A stretch of DNA of 39,514 bases from a virus (IMGVR_UViG_3300032331_000794:1-39514); one strand, 5' to 3'; counted from the first letter of the stretch, positions 28,161-36,436 are shown. Translations and numbers: made by a program. Notes: generated by a model from the sequence alone, not told the origin.

Positions 28161-28535
28161 ATGGCAGATTATAACCCCACTGGTAGAACAAGGTTACACG
28201 GTGATATCCTACGAGAAGCAATCTCGGATATTGCAGATAGTAATCGAGGTTCCTCTACTCAATTCAACAACGACGTAGCCGATGTAACATCTGGTCTATT
28301 CGACTTGCTTATCAAGAAGCATAAAGACTATGGCCCAAAGAATATTTCTCTAAGTCCTGGCGGTCCGCTTAACGGACTACGTGTACGTATGTGGGATAAA
28401 CTCGCACGTATAAACAACTTAGTAGATACTGGCGTTAAGCCAGAGAACGAAAGCCTTGAAGATTCTTTCAAGGATATGGCAAACTATGCAATCATCGGGT
28501 TGCTAGTCTTACAAGGAAAGTGGCCGAACGAATGA
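28161..28535 (+). CDS. DUF1599 / nucleotide-modification-associated domain protein
   Basis: KKHKDYG...RMWDKLARINNL...ESLEDSFKDMANYAII. Confidence 0.8.
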   Translation: MADYNPTGRTRLHGDILREAISDIADSNRGSSTQFNNDVADVTSGLFDLLIKKHKDYGPKNISLSPGGPLNGLRVRMWDKLARINNLVDTGVKPENESLEDSFKDMANYAIIGLLVLQGKWPNE

Positions 28536-28828
28536 AAATATTTGGACCATATAAAGGAAGTAAGGCCAATGGTGGCCGACCAATCTATGTGTTTAAGCGC
28601 AAGAAAAAAGACGGCACGACTGTCACCACTTCTAGCAACAAGGCTCGTGTAGATTACGAGAAGGCAACAGGAAAGACTTTGCCTAAGGGTTCAGAAGTAG
28701 ACCATAAAAACAACAAAGGTCGTGCGGGTGACGACCGCCTCTCTAACCTACGCGTTATTAGCAAGAAGAAAAATGTTGGGCTTGAAAACAAACGACGTGC
28801 TAAGAAAGCGACGAAAAAGAAGCCATGA
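28532..28828 (+). CDS. HNH endonuclease-like protein
   Basis: EVDHKNN...DDRLSNLRVISKKKN; ATGA-coupled start at 28532. Confidence 0.7.
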   Translation: MKIFGPYKGSKANGGRPIYVFKRKKKDGTTVTTSSNKARVDYEKATGKTLPKGSEVDHKNNKGRAGDDRLSNLRVISKKKNVGLENKRRAKKATKKKP

Positions 28829-29568
28829 AAACTATAGTTTGCGTATCCGATTTACAGATTCCTTATCACGATAAGCGAGCGGTTGCTAATCTTACTGCTT
28901 TTATAAAGGCTTACAAGCCTACCGAAGTAGTATCAGTCGGCGACGAAATGGATATGCAGACTATTTCAAAATGGGCAAAAGGGACTCCGTTAGAATATGA
29001 ACGTTCTATCGGGCGTGACAGGGACGAAACAACGAGGGTGCTCGAGCAACTTAAAGTCAAGCATATCATTCGGTCAAACCACACGGACCGACTGTTTAAT
29101 ACAGTTATGATGCGCTCGCCAGGCCTGCTCGGGCTACCTGAGTTGGACTTACCAGAGTTCCTGCGTCTCCCTCAAATCGGCGCTACATATCACGAGAAAC
29201 CTTATGAGTTAGCACCTAATTGGTTGCTAATGCACGGCGATGAAGGTTCTATGAACTCCACTGGCGGTCTTACCGCATTAGGTTTAGCAAAGCGCACAGG
29301 TAAATCAATTGTCTGTGGACATACACATCGAATGGGTCTTGCTCATCACACTACCGCTTATAGCGGTGGTCAAGCAAAGACTGTATGGGGTATGGAAGTT
29401 GGCAATCTTATGGATTACAAGAAGGCAAAATATATTAAGGCTGGCTTGTTCACGTGGCAACAGGGCTTCGGTATGCTCTACGTTGACGGCAAGACTGTCA
29501 TACCAGTTACGATTCCAATCGCTAAAGACGGTTCGTTTATCGTAGAAGGCAAGGTATGGGGTCGATGA
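28825..29568 (+). CDS. Calcineurin-like metallophosphoesterase
   Basis: SDLQ, GDEMD, SNH, HGD and GHTH motifs. Confidence 0.88.
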   Translation: MKTIVCVSDLQIPYHDKRAVANLTAFIKAYKPTEVVSVGDEMDMQTISKWAKGTPLEYERSIGRDRDETTRVLEQLKVKHIIRSNHTDRLFNTVMMRSPGLLGLPELDLPEFLRLPQIGATYHEKPYELAPNWLLMHGDEGSMNSTGGLTALGLAKRTGKSIVCGHTHRMGLAHHTTAYSGGQAKTVWGMEVGNLMDYKKAKYIKAGLFTWQQGFGMLYVDGKTVIPVTIPIAKDGSFIVEGKVWGR

Positions 29569-30266
29569 ATTGGGAACAGATTGAACCCTGGGACTACATT
29601 GTAGTCAACGTAGCCGCTGAGTATCATAAGCGCTACGATATGGTTGAGTTAGAGGATATCAAACAGGAACTATACCAATGGTTTTTGGAGCATCCTAATA
29701 AGTTAACTGAGTGGGAATCAATCGGTAAGCGTGATGCGAAGAACCTTATCTATCGTTCGCTGCGCAATCAAGCGCTAGATTATTGTCAGAAGTGGAAAGC
29801 CAAGTCTATTGGCTATGAAATATCTGACTTATTCTACTACGAACCTGCTATGGTTGAAGCGCTACTTCCGCCTGTGTTACGCGGTGAGTTTGGTGTGATG
29901 CCAGTATTAAACCTTGGTAAAACAGGACGACCACCAGCACCATCAGAAGGTGGTAATATGATGGCGATGATGGTCGAGATTAACTCAGCCTATAATAAAC
30001 TATCTCAAGAAGATAAGGTCGTTCTCTTCTTTAAGTATGCTGAGTCCCTGGATTATGCTGCTATTGCTGCCGAGATGGAACTAGGCTCAGAAGATGCAGC
30101 GCGTATGCGCCACAACAGAGCCATTAAGAAATTGATTACACGTATTGGTGGATTCAGACCACATCTAGATAAAGATTCTCCCGATAAAGTTACCGAGATG
30201 CCAGACGAGATTGTAAGCACCGACGATGATGCCACCGATAACGATGGGCATCAGGAAACCCACTAA
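29565..30266 (+). CDS. RNA polymerase sigma-70-like factor
   Basis: EDIKQEL (region 2); region-4 HTH LSQEDKVVL...YAAIAAEM...AARMRHNRAIKKL. Confidence 0.8.
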   Translation: MNWEQIEPWDYIVVNVAAEYHKRYDMVELEDIKQELYQWFLEHPNKLTEWESIGKRDAKNLIYRSLRNQALDYCQKWKAKSIGYEISDLFYYEPAMVEALLPPVLRGEFGVMPVLNLGKTGRPPAPSEGGNMMAMMVEINSAYNKLSQEDKVVLFFKYAESLDYAAIAAEMELGSEDAARMRHNRAIKKLITRIGGFRPHLDKDSPDKVTEMPDEIVSTDDDATDNDGHQETH

Positions 30267-30271
30267 GTATT

Positions 30272-30745
30272 TCAACTCGGTAGGTCACGCTCCGCTGGGT
30301 CGACCCACGTCTCGGCGTAATGTTCGTCCATAGATAGATTTTCTACTTGTCTTGCTTGTCGTAAATGTTCTAGTATCTGCCCAATAGTTATCAGATAACC
30401 TCTTGAAGGGTTGGGTGGAATATTACACGCTATTGGTCTTCCGACTTCCCACAACGCTTCTTTCAGTCTCCACAATGGAACGATAACTGTGGAGTCTTCT
30501 AGCATAAATGCCCAATGCGTAGCCTTGCTTACTCTAATGCCTGATGGCTTCCAAGCACTATCGCTTACGTAAAAGCATTCTGTTTCAATATAGACGTTGC
30601 CAGTTTCTATCCAACGCCTGTCAGTTTTGACTTCGACGGTGTCTAAGGAAAGCAGGTCTGCGACCCTGCTCTCACCTAGTTCACCTGCTCTAAGGTCTAA
30701 GTCCCAATTCGAATCTTTCAAACTATTCTGCCATTTCTTTTTCAT
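30272..30745 (-). CDS. PD-(D/E)xK-like nuclease-fold protein
   Basis: GE...VEVKTD...TGNVYIE...SGI motif; start uncertain. Confidence 0.6.
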   Translation of the reverse strand: MKKKWQNSLKDSNWDLDLRAGELGESRVADLLSLDTVEVKTDRRWIETGNVYIETECFYVSDSAWKPSGIRVSKATHWAFMLEDSTVIVPLWRLKEALWEVGRPIACNIPPNPSRGYLITIGQILEHLRQARQVENLSMDEHYAETWVDPAERDLPS

Positions 30746-30872
30746 ACATCGCTAGACTTAGTTCATCTAACTGTTCCTTGATTTGGTCAATGAGACCCTC
30801 ACGATAGAGTAGTTCTGCTTCTGTATAAACTACACCATCTTCATCTTCTTTGCTATACTCATACTGTGTCAT
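30723..30872 (-). CDS. 49-aa acidic microprotein
   Basis: MTQYEYSKEDEDGVVYTEAELL...; ATGA-coupled. Confidence 0.55.
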   Translation of the reverse strand: MTQYEYSKEDEDGVVYTEAELLYREGLIDQIKEQLDELSLAMYEKEMAE

Positions 30873-30988
30873 AAGTCACCCCAACATATCTCGCATATTG
30901 ACCAATCAGCCAATCTGATTAGAGTTTCGCTGCCAACCATAGTCTCACATCTTGTGCATTGACTTAGGTCGTCTTCATCATAGCCCAT
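30869..30988 (-). CDS. 39-aa zinc-finger microprotein
   Basis: GGAGG RBS; CTRC...CEIC. Confidence 0.65.
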   Translation of the reverse strand: MGYDEDDLSQCTRCETMVGSETLIRLADWSICEICWGDL

Positions 30989-30990
30989 AT

Positions 30991-31167
30991 CTATCCTCCT
31001 GTCGAATAGAAACCAGTGCCGTTGAACTTTACTGGTGCTGCATAGTATACACGCTTCATATCCTCTTTGCAAGTTTCGCAAATAGGTATGACCTCTGCTT
31101 CTAACATAGGACGTTGGACAGATACTTCCTGATTGTCCACATCGCATTTATACTCATACGTTGCCAC
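30991..31167 (-). CDS. FmdB-family zinc-ribbon protein (absent from ORF track)
   Basis: MATYEYKC...CETC...MKRVY...VKFNGTGFYSTGG; GGAGG RBS with GTG start. Confidence 0.8.
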   Translation of the reverse strand: MATYEYKCDVDNQEVSVQRPMLEAEVIPICETCKEDMKRVYYAAPVKFNGTGFYSTGG

Positions 31168-31170
31168 GTA

Positions 31171-31464
31171 TTACCTCCGCATAGTTTGTGTCGGACGGAG
31201 TGTATGATTATCATACAGCCTTTGGCGTTGCTGTGCCATAGCCTCCTGAATACCGACATAGTTATCTAGAGATTGGCAAATCTTCTTAGCCAGTTCTCTG
31301 CCTTCTAACCTATTATAACCAAAGGTGGCAAGTTTGTCTATTACTTTTTGCACACGAGGCTCTTGCTTGTAGGCATCAGGCCTAAAGACTTGCAACTGGC
31401 CCTGTCTGACTCTTGTTATCATCAGTACCAACCTTTCTTCTTGTGATGGTTTAACGCTTGGCAA
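31171..31464 (-). CDS. Hypothetical protein
   Basis: 97-aa ORF filling the gap between neighbours. Confidence 0.5.
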   Translation of the reverse strand: MPSVKPSQEERLVLMITRVRQGQLQVFRPDAYKQEPRVQKVIDKLATFGYNRLEGRELAKKICQSLDNYVGIQEAMAQQRQRLYDNHTLRPTQTMRR

Positions 31465-31802
31465 GGTGAGCCATAGCGGTAGAGAATATAAGCAAATCCA
31501 CGCTCAATTTGCCGTGTTGCTGGTGTTTTCGGGTCCATTCCTAGTATCTGAGGTATACCCCCAGCATTCTTACCCATTACTTTGACTTTATTATACGCTT
31601 CGGGTCTCCAATTGGATTCCTTCTGCCATAACTTTTCCAAGCAGACGAATTGCTTGTCCGTCCACGCCAACATTACATCTCTTGCATATGCTTTACTATC
31701 TGCAACACCCCACTTATGCGGTTGCTTCGGGAGTTCGTGTCCTGTATGCGTAACTCCGAATAGCATAAATAATGCTATCAAGAGTATCAGTATTTTTCTC
31801 AC
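31422..31802 (-). CDS. Secreted lysozyme-fold lytic transglycosylase (SLT/Rpf-like)
   Basis: Signal/anchor peptide; CLEKLWQKESNW, AGGIPQ and YILYRYGSPC motifs. Confidence 0.85.
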   Translation of the reverse strand: MRKILILLIALFMLFGVTHTGHELPKQPHKWGVADSKAYARDVMLAWTDKQFVCLEKLWQKESNWRPEAYNKVKVMGKNAGGIPQILGMDPKTPATRQIERGFAYILYRYGSPCQALNHHKKKGWY

Positions 31803-31805
31803 GTG

Positions 31806-32144
31806 TTACCACCTTACTAGAGGTATCATCTTATCTGCGAAGTCCATAGCCCGCCCCATATCTGATTGCGGCCCATAGTTCTCTCTTGTCCTGTTTAGCA
31901 TAGCGATTCGCTCGCCAGCAAGTAACCCACCCCAAATACCGTGAGGTAAGTTTTCTGATTTCATTCCTTCTTCGAGACATCGCTCCTTTGCAGGACACGT
32001 ATTGCATTGTTCGATAGCATAGGTGATGCTCTGCACCAACTCCATACGCCTAGCCATAGAAGGTCGACCGTTTTCATTCTCAGGAAACCAGTAATCTGCA
32101 TTCGGGTCGTTCGTGCAGTTACCTACTAGCGGTTCACTCTTCAT
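31806..32144 (-). CDS. whiB: WhiB-family Fe-S transcription factor
   Basis: C...CxxC-x5-C followed by GIWGG. Confidence 0.9.
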   Translation of the reverse strand: MKSEPLVGNCTNDPNADYWFPENENGRPSMARRMELVQSITYAIEQCNTCPAKERCLEEGMKSENLPHGIWGGLLAGERIAMLNRTRENYGPQSDMGRAMDFADKMIPLVRW

Positions 32145-32247
32145 TCATCTCATCCCACATTCGGTCAGGGTCGTCTTCCAACTCTTCATCATCGTCGTCC
32201 ATTCCTAGTGCGAATGGGTCTCCGTCAAGCCACATTGGTTCACTCAT
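32134..32247 (-). CDS. 37-aa highly acidic microprotein
   Basis: MSEPMWLDGDPFALGMDDDDEELEDD... Confidence 0.6.
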   Translation of the reverse strand: MSEPMWLDGDPFALGMDDDDEELEDDPDRMWDEMNEE

Positions 32248-32440
32248 CTTCTTCATCACCACCAATGAACTCATCATCTTCATCGTCTTCTTCTTCGAGT
32301 TCTTCAATCGTGATGTCGTCAACCTCGCCAAAGTGTGCATAGTCTTCATACATCCAGCCCTGCTTCTCTGCTTCTACGTCACTATCGGCTTCTACTTCGT
32401 AGAAATAAGTGACTTTTACCTTCACATTATATCTAGCCAT
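32240..32440 (-). CDS. Acidic small protein
   Basis: GGAGG RBS; YEVEADSDVEAE followed by an acidic tail. Confidence 0.7.
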   Translation of the reverse strand: MARYNVKVKVTYFYEVEADSDVEAEKQGWMYEDYAHFGEVDDITIEELEEEDDEDDEFIGGDEEDE

Positions 32441-32687
32441 TGTATTTATCCTCCAGTATCGAGTCTAGCACGTATTCGAACTCGGGTCTGTTAGCCATAT
32501 CGGGCTTCTCCGTATCCCAAATGACATCATAACCATAGTTCTCGTCCCATAGTAATCGGCCAGCAAATAACTTGCGGTTGGCATCAACCAACTCGAAGTC
32601 CTTAGCCCAAGCCGTTTCTCGTCGTAGTCTTTGCTTGATATTGAATGCCTTGCTCATCTCATCAACTGTTACTTCTGCATCACTCAC
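32433..32687 (-). CDS. Hypothetical protein
   Basis: GAGGAG RBS, GTG start. Confidence 0.65.
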   Translation of the reverse strand: MSDAEVTVDEMSKAFNIKQRLRRETAWAKDFELVDANRKLFAGRLLWDENYGYDVIWDTEKPDMANRPEFEYVLDSILEDKYNG

Positions 32688-32812
32688 GATAACTCCTCTA
32701 GTAGCAGCCTAGCATCTGCCAGTTTCTTATCTGTATGATAATCATACTCGTTGTTTGATGTGAGTAGGTGGATGTAATCCAGCACTACTTCACGCACTTT
32801 TTCTGTATCCAT
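32684..32812 (-). CDS. 42-aa microprotein
   Basis: MDTEKVREVVLDYIHLL...; GTGA-coupled to the next gene. Confidence 0.55.
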   Translation of the reverse strand: MDTEKVREVVLDYIHLLTSNNEYDYHTDKKLADARLLLEELS

Positions 32813-32814
32813 TT

Positions 32815-33024
32815 CTACCCCCTGTTGTATGCTGGATAGTATATCGGAACTATCTCAGCGTTGTCAAGTTTTACAGCCCATTCAAGAGCCTCATCTACTG
32901 TCGGGAATGTGCCATATCGCACAGTCCCTTCATCAGTAGTAGTTTCGGTAATGTAACCCATTACCCACATCCCACATAAGGGTTCGTGTATCTTAATCTC
33001 TTTAGAAGTCGAAGTGCTTGTCAT
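32815..33024 (-). CDS. Small hypothetical protein
   Basis: VRYGTFPTVDEALEWA motif; start uncertain (33024 or 32970). Confidence 0.5.
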   Translation of the reverse strand: MTSTSTSKEIKIHEPLCGMWVMGYITETTTDEGTVRYGTFPTVDEALEWAVKLDNAEIVPIYYPAYNRG

Positions 33025-33844
33025 AATACCACGCATTCTGAGGTTTGTGTTGGTCGCGCATCCACTTACTATCGGCTGGCACGTAGCATAGGCAACTGTC
33101 GCCGTATGAACCTGAGCAGTCGAAGCAGGTGTAGCACATTTCGCAGTAGTAAGGGTTAGCATCCTCAAATGCTATCGTCCTACACGACGGACACTCGAAG
33201 TCTTCCAAAACTTCCGTATCTGTATGATTATCATACGCCAGCGCCGTCGCACTACTGGGCTTGATGTAACTCGACCACGCAGATGGCTTGTATGTATCGT
33301 TAGACCACCACATTCCCTCATTATCCCAGTAACCACTAGACTCGTTGATGATGTAGCATTGGTCACTAGCCTTCGGGTCAAGTGTAAGGATAGCAACTTT
33401 GCTACCTAACGCCCACTTGCTTACTATCTTCCATACATTGTCGTCGTCAAGGGCTTTGACGCCACCGATAGTTGGAAGGGTATCCTCTGCAAAGATACGC
33501 GTATCACTACGCTTATCAGTTGCGTGGATTTCTATGTCGAGGATACCATTGTGCGCTAGATAGGTATCATCTCTACCACCAACCTTGAAGGGGTGGCAGT
33601 TCTCTTCATTCTTTACGCCGTGTGTTGCATATCTAGCGTGGAACATAGCGTAACTGTTTGGGTATTCTTTACGAACGTCTAAGAATTCCTTGATGATTTT
33701 CTTAGCGGACATACCCTTGCCTGTGATAATCTTATCACCAGCAATTACTGCATAGCCAAAGCCGTGTGGATTATTACACGAGGCACACTCTAAATCCTTC
33801 TTACGAGGAGTAGAGTTGGGAGAGCATACGACCAATAAGCACAT
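33002..33844 (-). CDS. Class II (Ntn) glutamine amidotransferase with Cys-rich tail
   Basis: Cys2 nucleophile; NPHGFG, HARYATHG, NCHPF, HNG and SDT motifs. Confidence 0.9.
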   Translation of the reverse strand: MCLLVVCSPNSTPRKKDLECASCNNPHGFGYAVIAGDKIITGKGMSAKKIIKEFLDVRKEYPNSYAMFHARYATHGVKNEENCHPFKVGGRDDTYLAHNGILDIEIHATDKRSDTRIFAEDTLPTIGGVKALDDDNVWKIVSKWALGSKVAILTLDPKASDQCYIINESSGYWDNEGMWWSNDTYKPSAWSSYIKPSSATALAYDNHTDTEVLEDFECPSCRTIAFEDANPYYCEMCYTCFDCSGSYGDSCLCYVPADSKWMRDQHKPQNAWYYDKHFDF

Positions 33845-33867
33845 AATCTATCCTATCTGTATGATTA

Positions 33868-35073
33868 TCATACGTTTTGTAGTTGATTAGCAACCTTTGC
33901 TAACCTAGCATTGAGTTCGGGATACAGAGCAGCATTGTCCTGTATGTATGAGGTGAAGTTGTCCTGTGATAGTGCGCCTTGACGCACATCTCTGACCGAC
34001 ATACCTCTAGTATACTCAACGCTGGAGTGCGCTAAGTCGATGAACGATTTTACTGTATCAGCGTTCACGCTACTTCTAAAGATACGCATCTCTAGAGTGG
34101 CGTGGTTCTGTGTATTGACCGCAGAGTAGCGGTCGCTATTGCGTGAGTTGTCTAACTTATTCTTGAGGTTACGGCGCGACTTCCATTCTCGGTTGCCGTC
34201 TGCATCCTCTGATACATAGTCAGTATTCGCATCATCAAACTTAGCCCAACGGCTAGACGAGCGACCTGCTATTGCTTCGTATAGTGTCTGATTATCATAC
34301 ACTAATCGTAAGAAGCGGTGCATATGTGAACCACCATTGAACCCAGCACGTGAGATGTGAATGTGTAGACCTGCGGTAGACGCATCCCACGCTTTCACCT
34401 TGATACCCGACCTACTTCGTAAGGCTTCAAGAGTATTCCACAATTCATAGGCTTCGTTCTTGTAAAAATCGTGGGTCATAGGGTGCGTAACTATCTCAAA
34501 GCCACACATTAGAGAGCCATCACTCTTGAGATACGCTAGGCTCAGTTGCTCTAATCTACTCGCATACTCTGCGGAGTCAGACCGATTTTGTCGTGCTTCT
34601 ACTTCGATTTCTAGCCCGAAGAATAAGCGTTCGTCTTCTTTCGTGGTGTGGAAGATAGGGTCAGGGCGGTAAGAGTAATCGTGGATTACCCGCGCATCAT
34701 CTCCACTATGGTCGCTACAACCGCTTGAGTAATACTCATCACAGTCTTCGCAGTATTCTGCGTTGCCGATACAGTTCTCACAGTATGAGCAATTGCTATC
34801 CGATACGTAATAGTTATCACCTGTGTGATACTCGTTACAATCGTCACAGTAATTGGCGTGGTTCTCTGTGCAACTATTGCACCACATCTCACTTTGGTCT
34901 ACGTAATACCAGTCGTCATTTTCCCAACCAGTATCATCACAATGCTCGCATATTCGCTTGCAATTTTCACAACTCACATCTCCTGAATAAGAGATGAGGT
35001 GCGCATCATCTTCGCTAACTTCTGCGGTGCAACCGCTACAAGTCAGGAGAACAATGTCTTCGTCTGCATCCAT
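33868..35073 (-). CDS. Putative amidoligase (COOH-NH2 ligase) with N-terminal multi-CxxC region
   Basis: FGLEIEVE, KSDGSL, GFEIVTHP, GLHIHIS, RYSAVN and TLEMRIF motifs. Confidence 0.88.
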   Translation of the reverse strand: MDADEDIVLLTCSGCTAEVSEDDAHLISYSGDVSCENCKRICEHCDDTGWENDDWYYVDQSEMWCNSCTENHANYCDDCNEYHTGDNYYVSDSNCSYCENCIGNAEYCEDCDEYYSSGCSDHSGDDARVIHDYSYRPDPIFHTTKEDERLFFGLEIEVEARQNRSDSAEYASRLEQLSLAYLKSDGSLMCGFEIVTHPMTHDFYKNEAYELWNTLEALRSRSGIKVKAWDASTAGLHIHISRAGFNGGSHMHRFLRLVYDNQTLYEAIAGRSSSRWAKFDDANTDYVSEDADGNREWKSRRNLKNKLDNSRNSDRYSAVNTQNHATLEMRIFRSSVNADTVKSFIDLAHSSVEYTRGMSVRDVRQGALSQDNFTSYIQDNAALYPELNARLAKVANQLQNV

Positions 35074-35142
35074 AATTTATCCTTTCGATACTCCGTATGA
35101 TTATCATACGAGAGGTGTTGCTATTTAGTTATAGGTAGAACC

Positions 35143-35328
35143 TTACACTACTGCCTTACGTAAGTCAAGTATCGCGTCAGAAATCTTTGAGCGCAGACTC
35201 TCCACCTCAATTACGAGGATTTTGAAATCGTTGCGTTTATGGGTTTCCTGTTGCAGGCGCAAAGCCATTCTAATCACTTCCACTTCACGCGGAGTGAGGT
35301 CGAGGAGTAGGTTTGTGTCGGCGCTCAT
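35143..35328 (-). CDS. Small hypothetical protein
   Basis: LDLTPREVEVIRMAL; ATGA-coupled. Confidence 0.6.
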   Translation of the reverse strand: MSADTNLLLDLTPREVEVIRMALRLQQETHKRNDFKILVIEVESLRSKISDAILDLRKAVV

Positions 35329-35477
35329 TCGTCGTCCTCTTCCGAACCATCTAGCCCAAAGTCTTCCATAACTGCCATTACGGCATCATCAAGGTCGGCT
35401 ATGAGCAGTTCGATTTCGTCAGGGTTCATTGAGCGAACCATACCAGCAGTTACACTAGACTCCCATACGTTCTTCAT
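35325..35477 (-). CDS. 50-aa acidic microprotein
   Basis: MKNVWESSVTAG...EEDDE; coupled at both ends. Confidence 0.6.
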   Translation of the reverse strand: MKNVWESSVTAGMVRSMNPDEIELLIADLDDAVMAVMEDFGLDGSEEDDE

Positions 35478-35629
35478 TTCTTACCCTTCTTACGGATAAT
35501 CTTAGCGATACGCAAAACAACAACGATACCAACTACCAACAGGATAGTGCGCCAAAAGACATACACATCACCGAAGTAGGTTGTAAGGCTGATGCCCCAC
35601 TTGCTAACTTCTAGGTTGAACAGTTCCAT
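35474..35629 (-). CDS. 51-aa membrane microprotein
   Basis: GAAAGG RBS; hydrophobic helix followed by a KIIRKKGKK tail. Confidence 0.65.
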   Translation of the reverse strand: MELFNLEVSKWGISLTTYFGDVYVFWRTILLVVGIVVVLRIAKIIRKKGKK

Positions 35630-35672
35630 TTCATTTCCTTTCACTAAGTTGCTGTATGATTATCATACAACG

Positions 35673-35717
35673 TGCCTATCGTGAGAATCGAACTCACGAC
35701 TATGCGCCAGCATAGGC
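35673..35717 (-). ncRNA. tRNA-like mini-element (acceptor stem plus T-arm, no anticodon arm)
   Basis: GCCTAT-GCTGGCGCATAGT-CGTGAG-TTCGATT-CTCACG-ATAGGC-A. Confidence 0.6.
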
Positions 35718-35729
35718 TACCAGATGGTA

Positions 35730-35921
35730 TTACTCAGCCCACTCCGAGTATTCGTCATCTTCGGTTTCAGATAAGATTTCTTCGAGGGAGATGTCTACGC
35801 CGTAGGCATCTTCTTCCAGTAGGATTTCTTCTAGTTCTTCATCCGTAAAGATGTCGTGGGCAATTTCTAACGCCTCTAAGTCTAGGTCGCTATCGTGCAT
35901 TTTTCTACTCCATTCACTCAT
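35730..35921 (-). CDS. 63-aa extremely acidic protein
   Basis: About 40% Asp/Glu. Confidence 0.7.
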   Translation of the reverse strand: MSEWSRKMHDSDLDLEALEIAHDIFTDEELEEILLEEDAYGVDISLEEILSETEDDEYSEWAE

Positions 35922-36066
35922 AGGTTTGCGCCCTGTTCAGGGCTTGGATGCCTTTGAGGCGCATAGCCTCTTTAGCCTTTACTTCATCCTCAATGTTCTT
36001 GAGGACTTCTGCTCGGATAGCACCACGCGCTTCGGCGATAAGTGCTTCCATTTCGTCTAACTTCAT
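35914..36066 (-). CDS. 50-aa helical protein
   Basis: GAAAGGA RBS before ATG 36066 (MKLDEME). Confidence 0.7.
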   Translation of the reverse strand: MKLDEMEALIAEARGAIRAEVLKNIEDEVKAKEAMRLKGIQALNRAQTYE

Positions 36067-36140
36067 TGTGCTATCCTTTCGTTTAGAACCTGTATGATTA
36101 TCATACAAGGCTTACTGCATAGTGCAACCTTCATACTCTA

Positions 36141-36169
36141 AGAGTAGTCTAGCCCCACTTAGAAGTCAA
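36141..36169 (-). promoter_or_regulatory. Early sigmaA promoter
   Basis: TTGACT-17-TACTCT. Confidence 0.65.
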
Positions 36170-36242
36170 GTTCTGCGAGAAACTATTTCCTGTATGATTA
36201 TCATACAAGCCAACGGATACGCTTTCCTAACTTCATAAGACT

Positions 36243-36271
36243 AATCTACCCTATCGCCAGCCATAAGGCAA
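36243..36271 (-). promoter_or_regulatory. Early sigmaA promoter
   Basis: TTGCCT-17-TAGATT. Confidence 0.65.
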
Positions 36272-36402
36272 GTATCGCCAGCATTTATTTTCCGTATGAT
36301 TATCATACAGAAGCCACGCGAGCGCCATAGGGTGCGCCTCAGATGCGCAACGCTGCGCAGCAAAAGTTTGTGTTGGTTTGTGTCGGCCGATTTTTGGGCG
36401 CG

Positions 36403-36436
36403 AAAAAACCCCCGCCGATTTCTCGGCGAGGGCTTT
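36403..36436 (-). terminator. Intrinsic terminator after the 208-aa gene
   Basis: GCCCTCGCCGA-GAAA-TCGGCGGGGGT followed by a T-run on the minus strand. Confidence 0.9.

Noticed and set aside
30869-31147. 92-aa ORF from the track
   Set aside because: Better explained as two genes with their own RBSs: FmdB-like 30991-31167 in another frame, and 30869-30988.
35673-35717. Functional tRNA gene or attP site
   Set aside because: No anticodon arm or CCA, and no integrase was recognised in the genome.
36092-36308. CRISPR-like mini-array (three repeats ~100 bp apart, Cas4-like gene in the genome)
   Set aside because: The repeat is only 15-21 bp, the ~85-bp spacers contain promoters, other copies are irregular and intragenic, and there are no cas genes; solo Cas4-like nucleases are common in phages.
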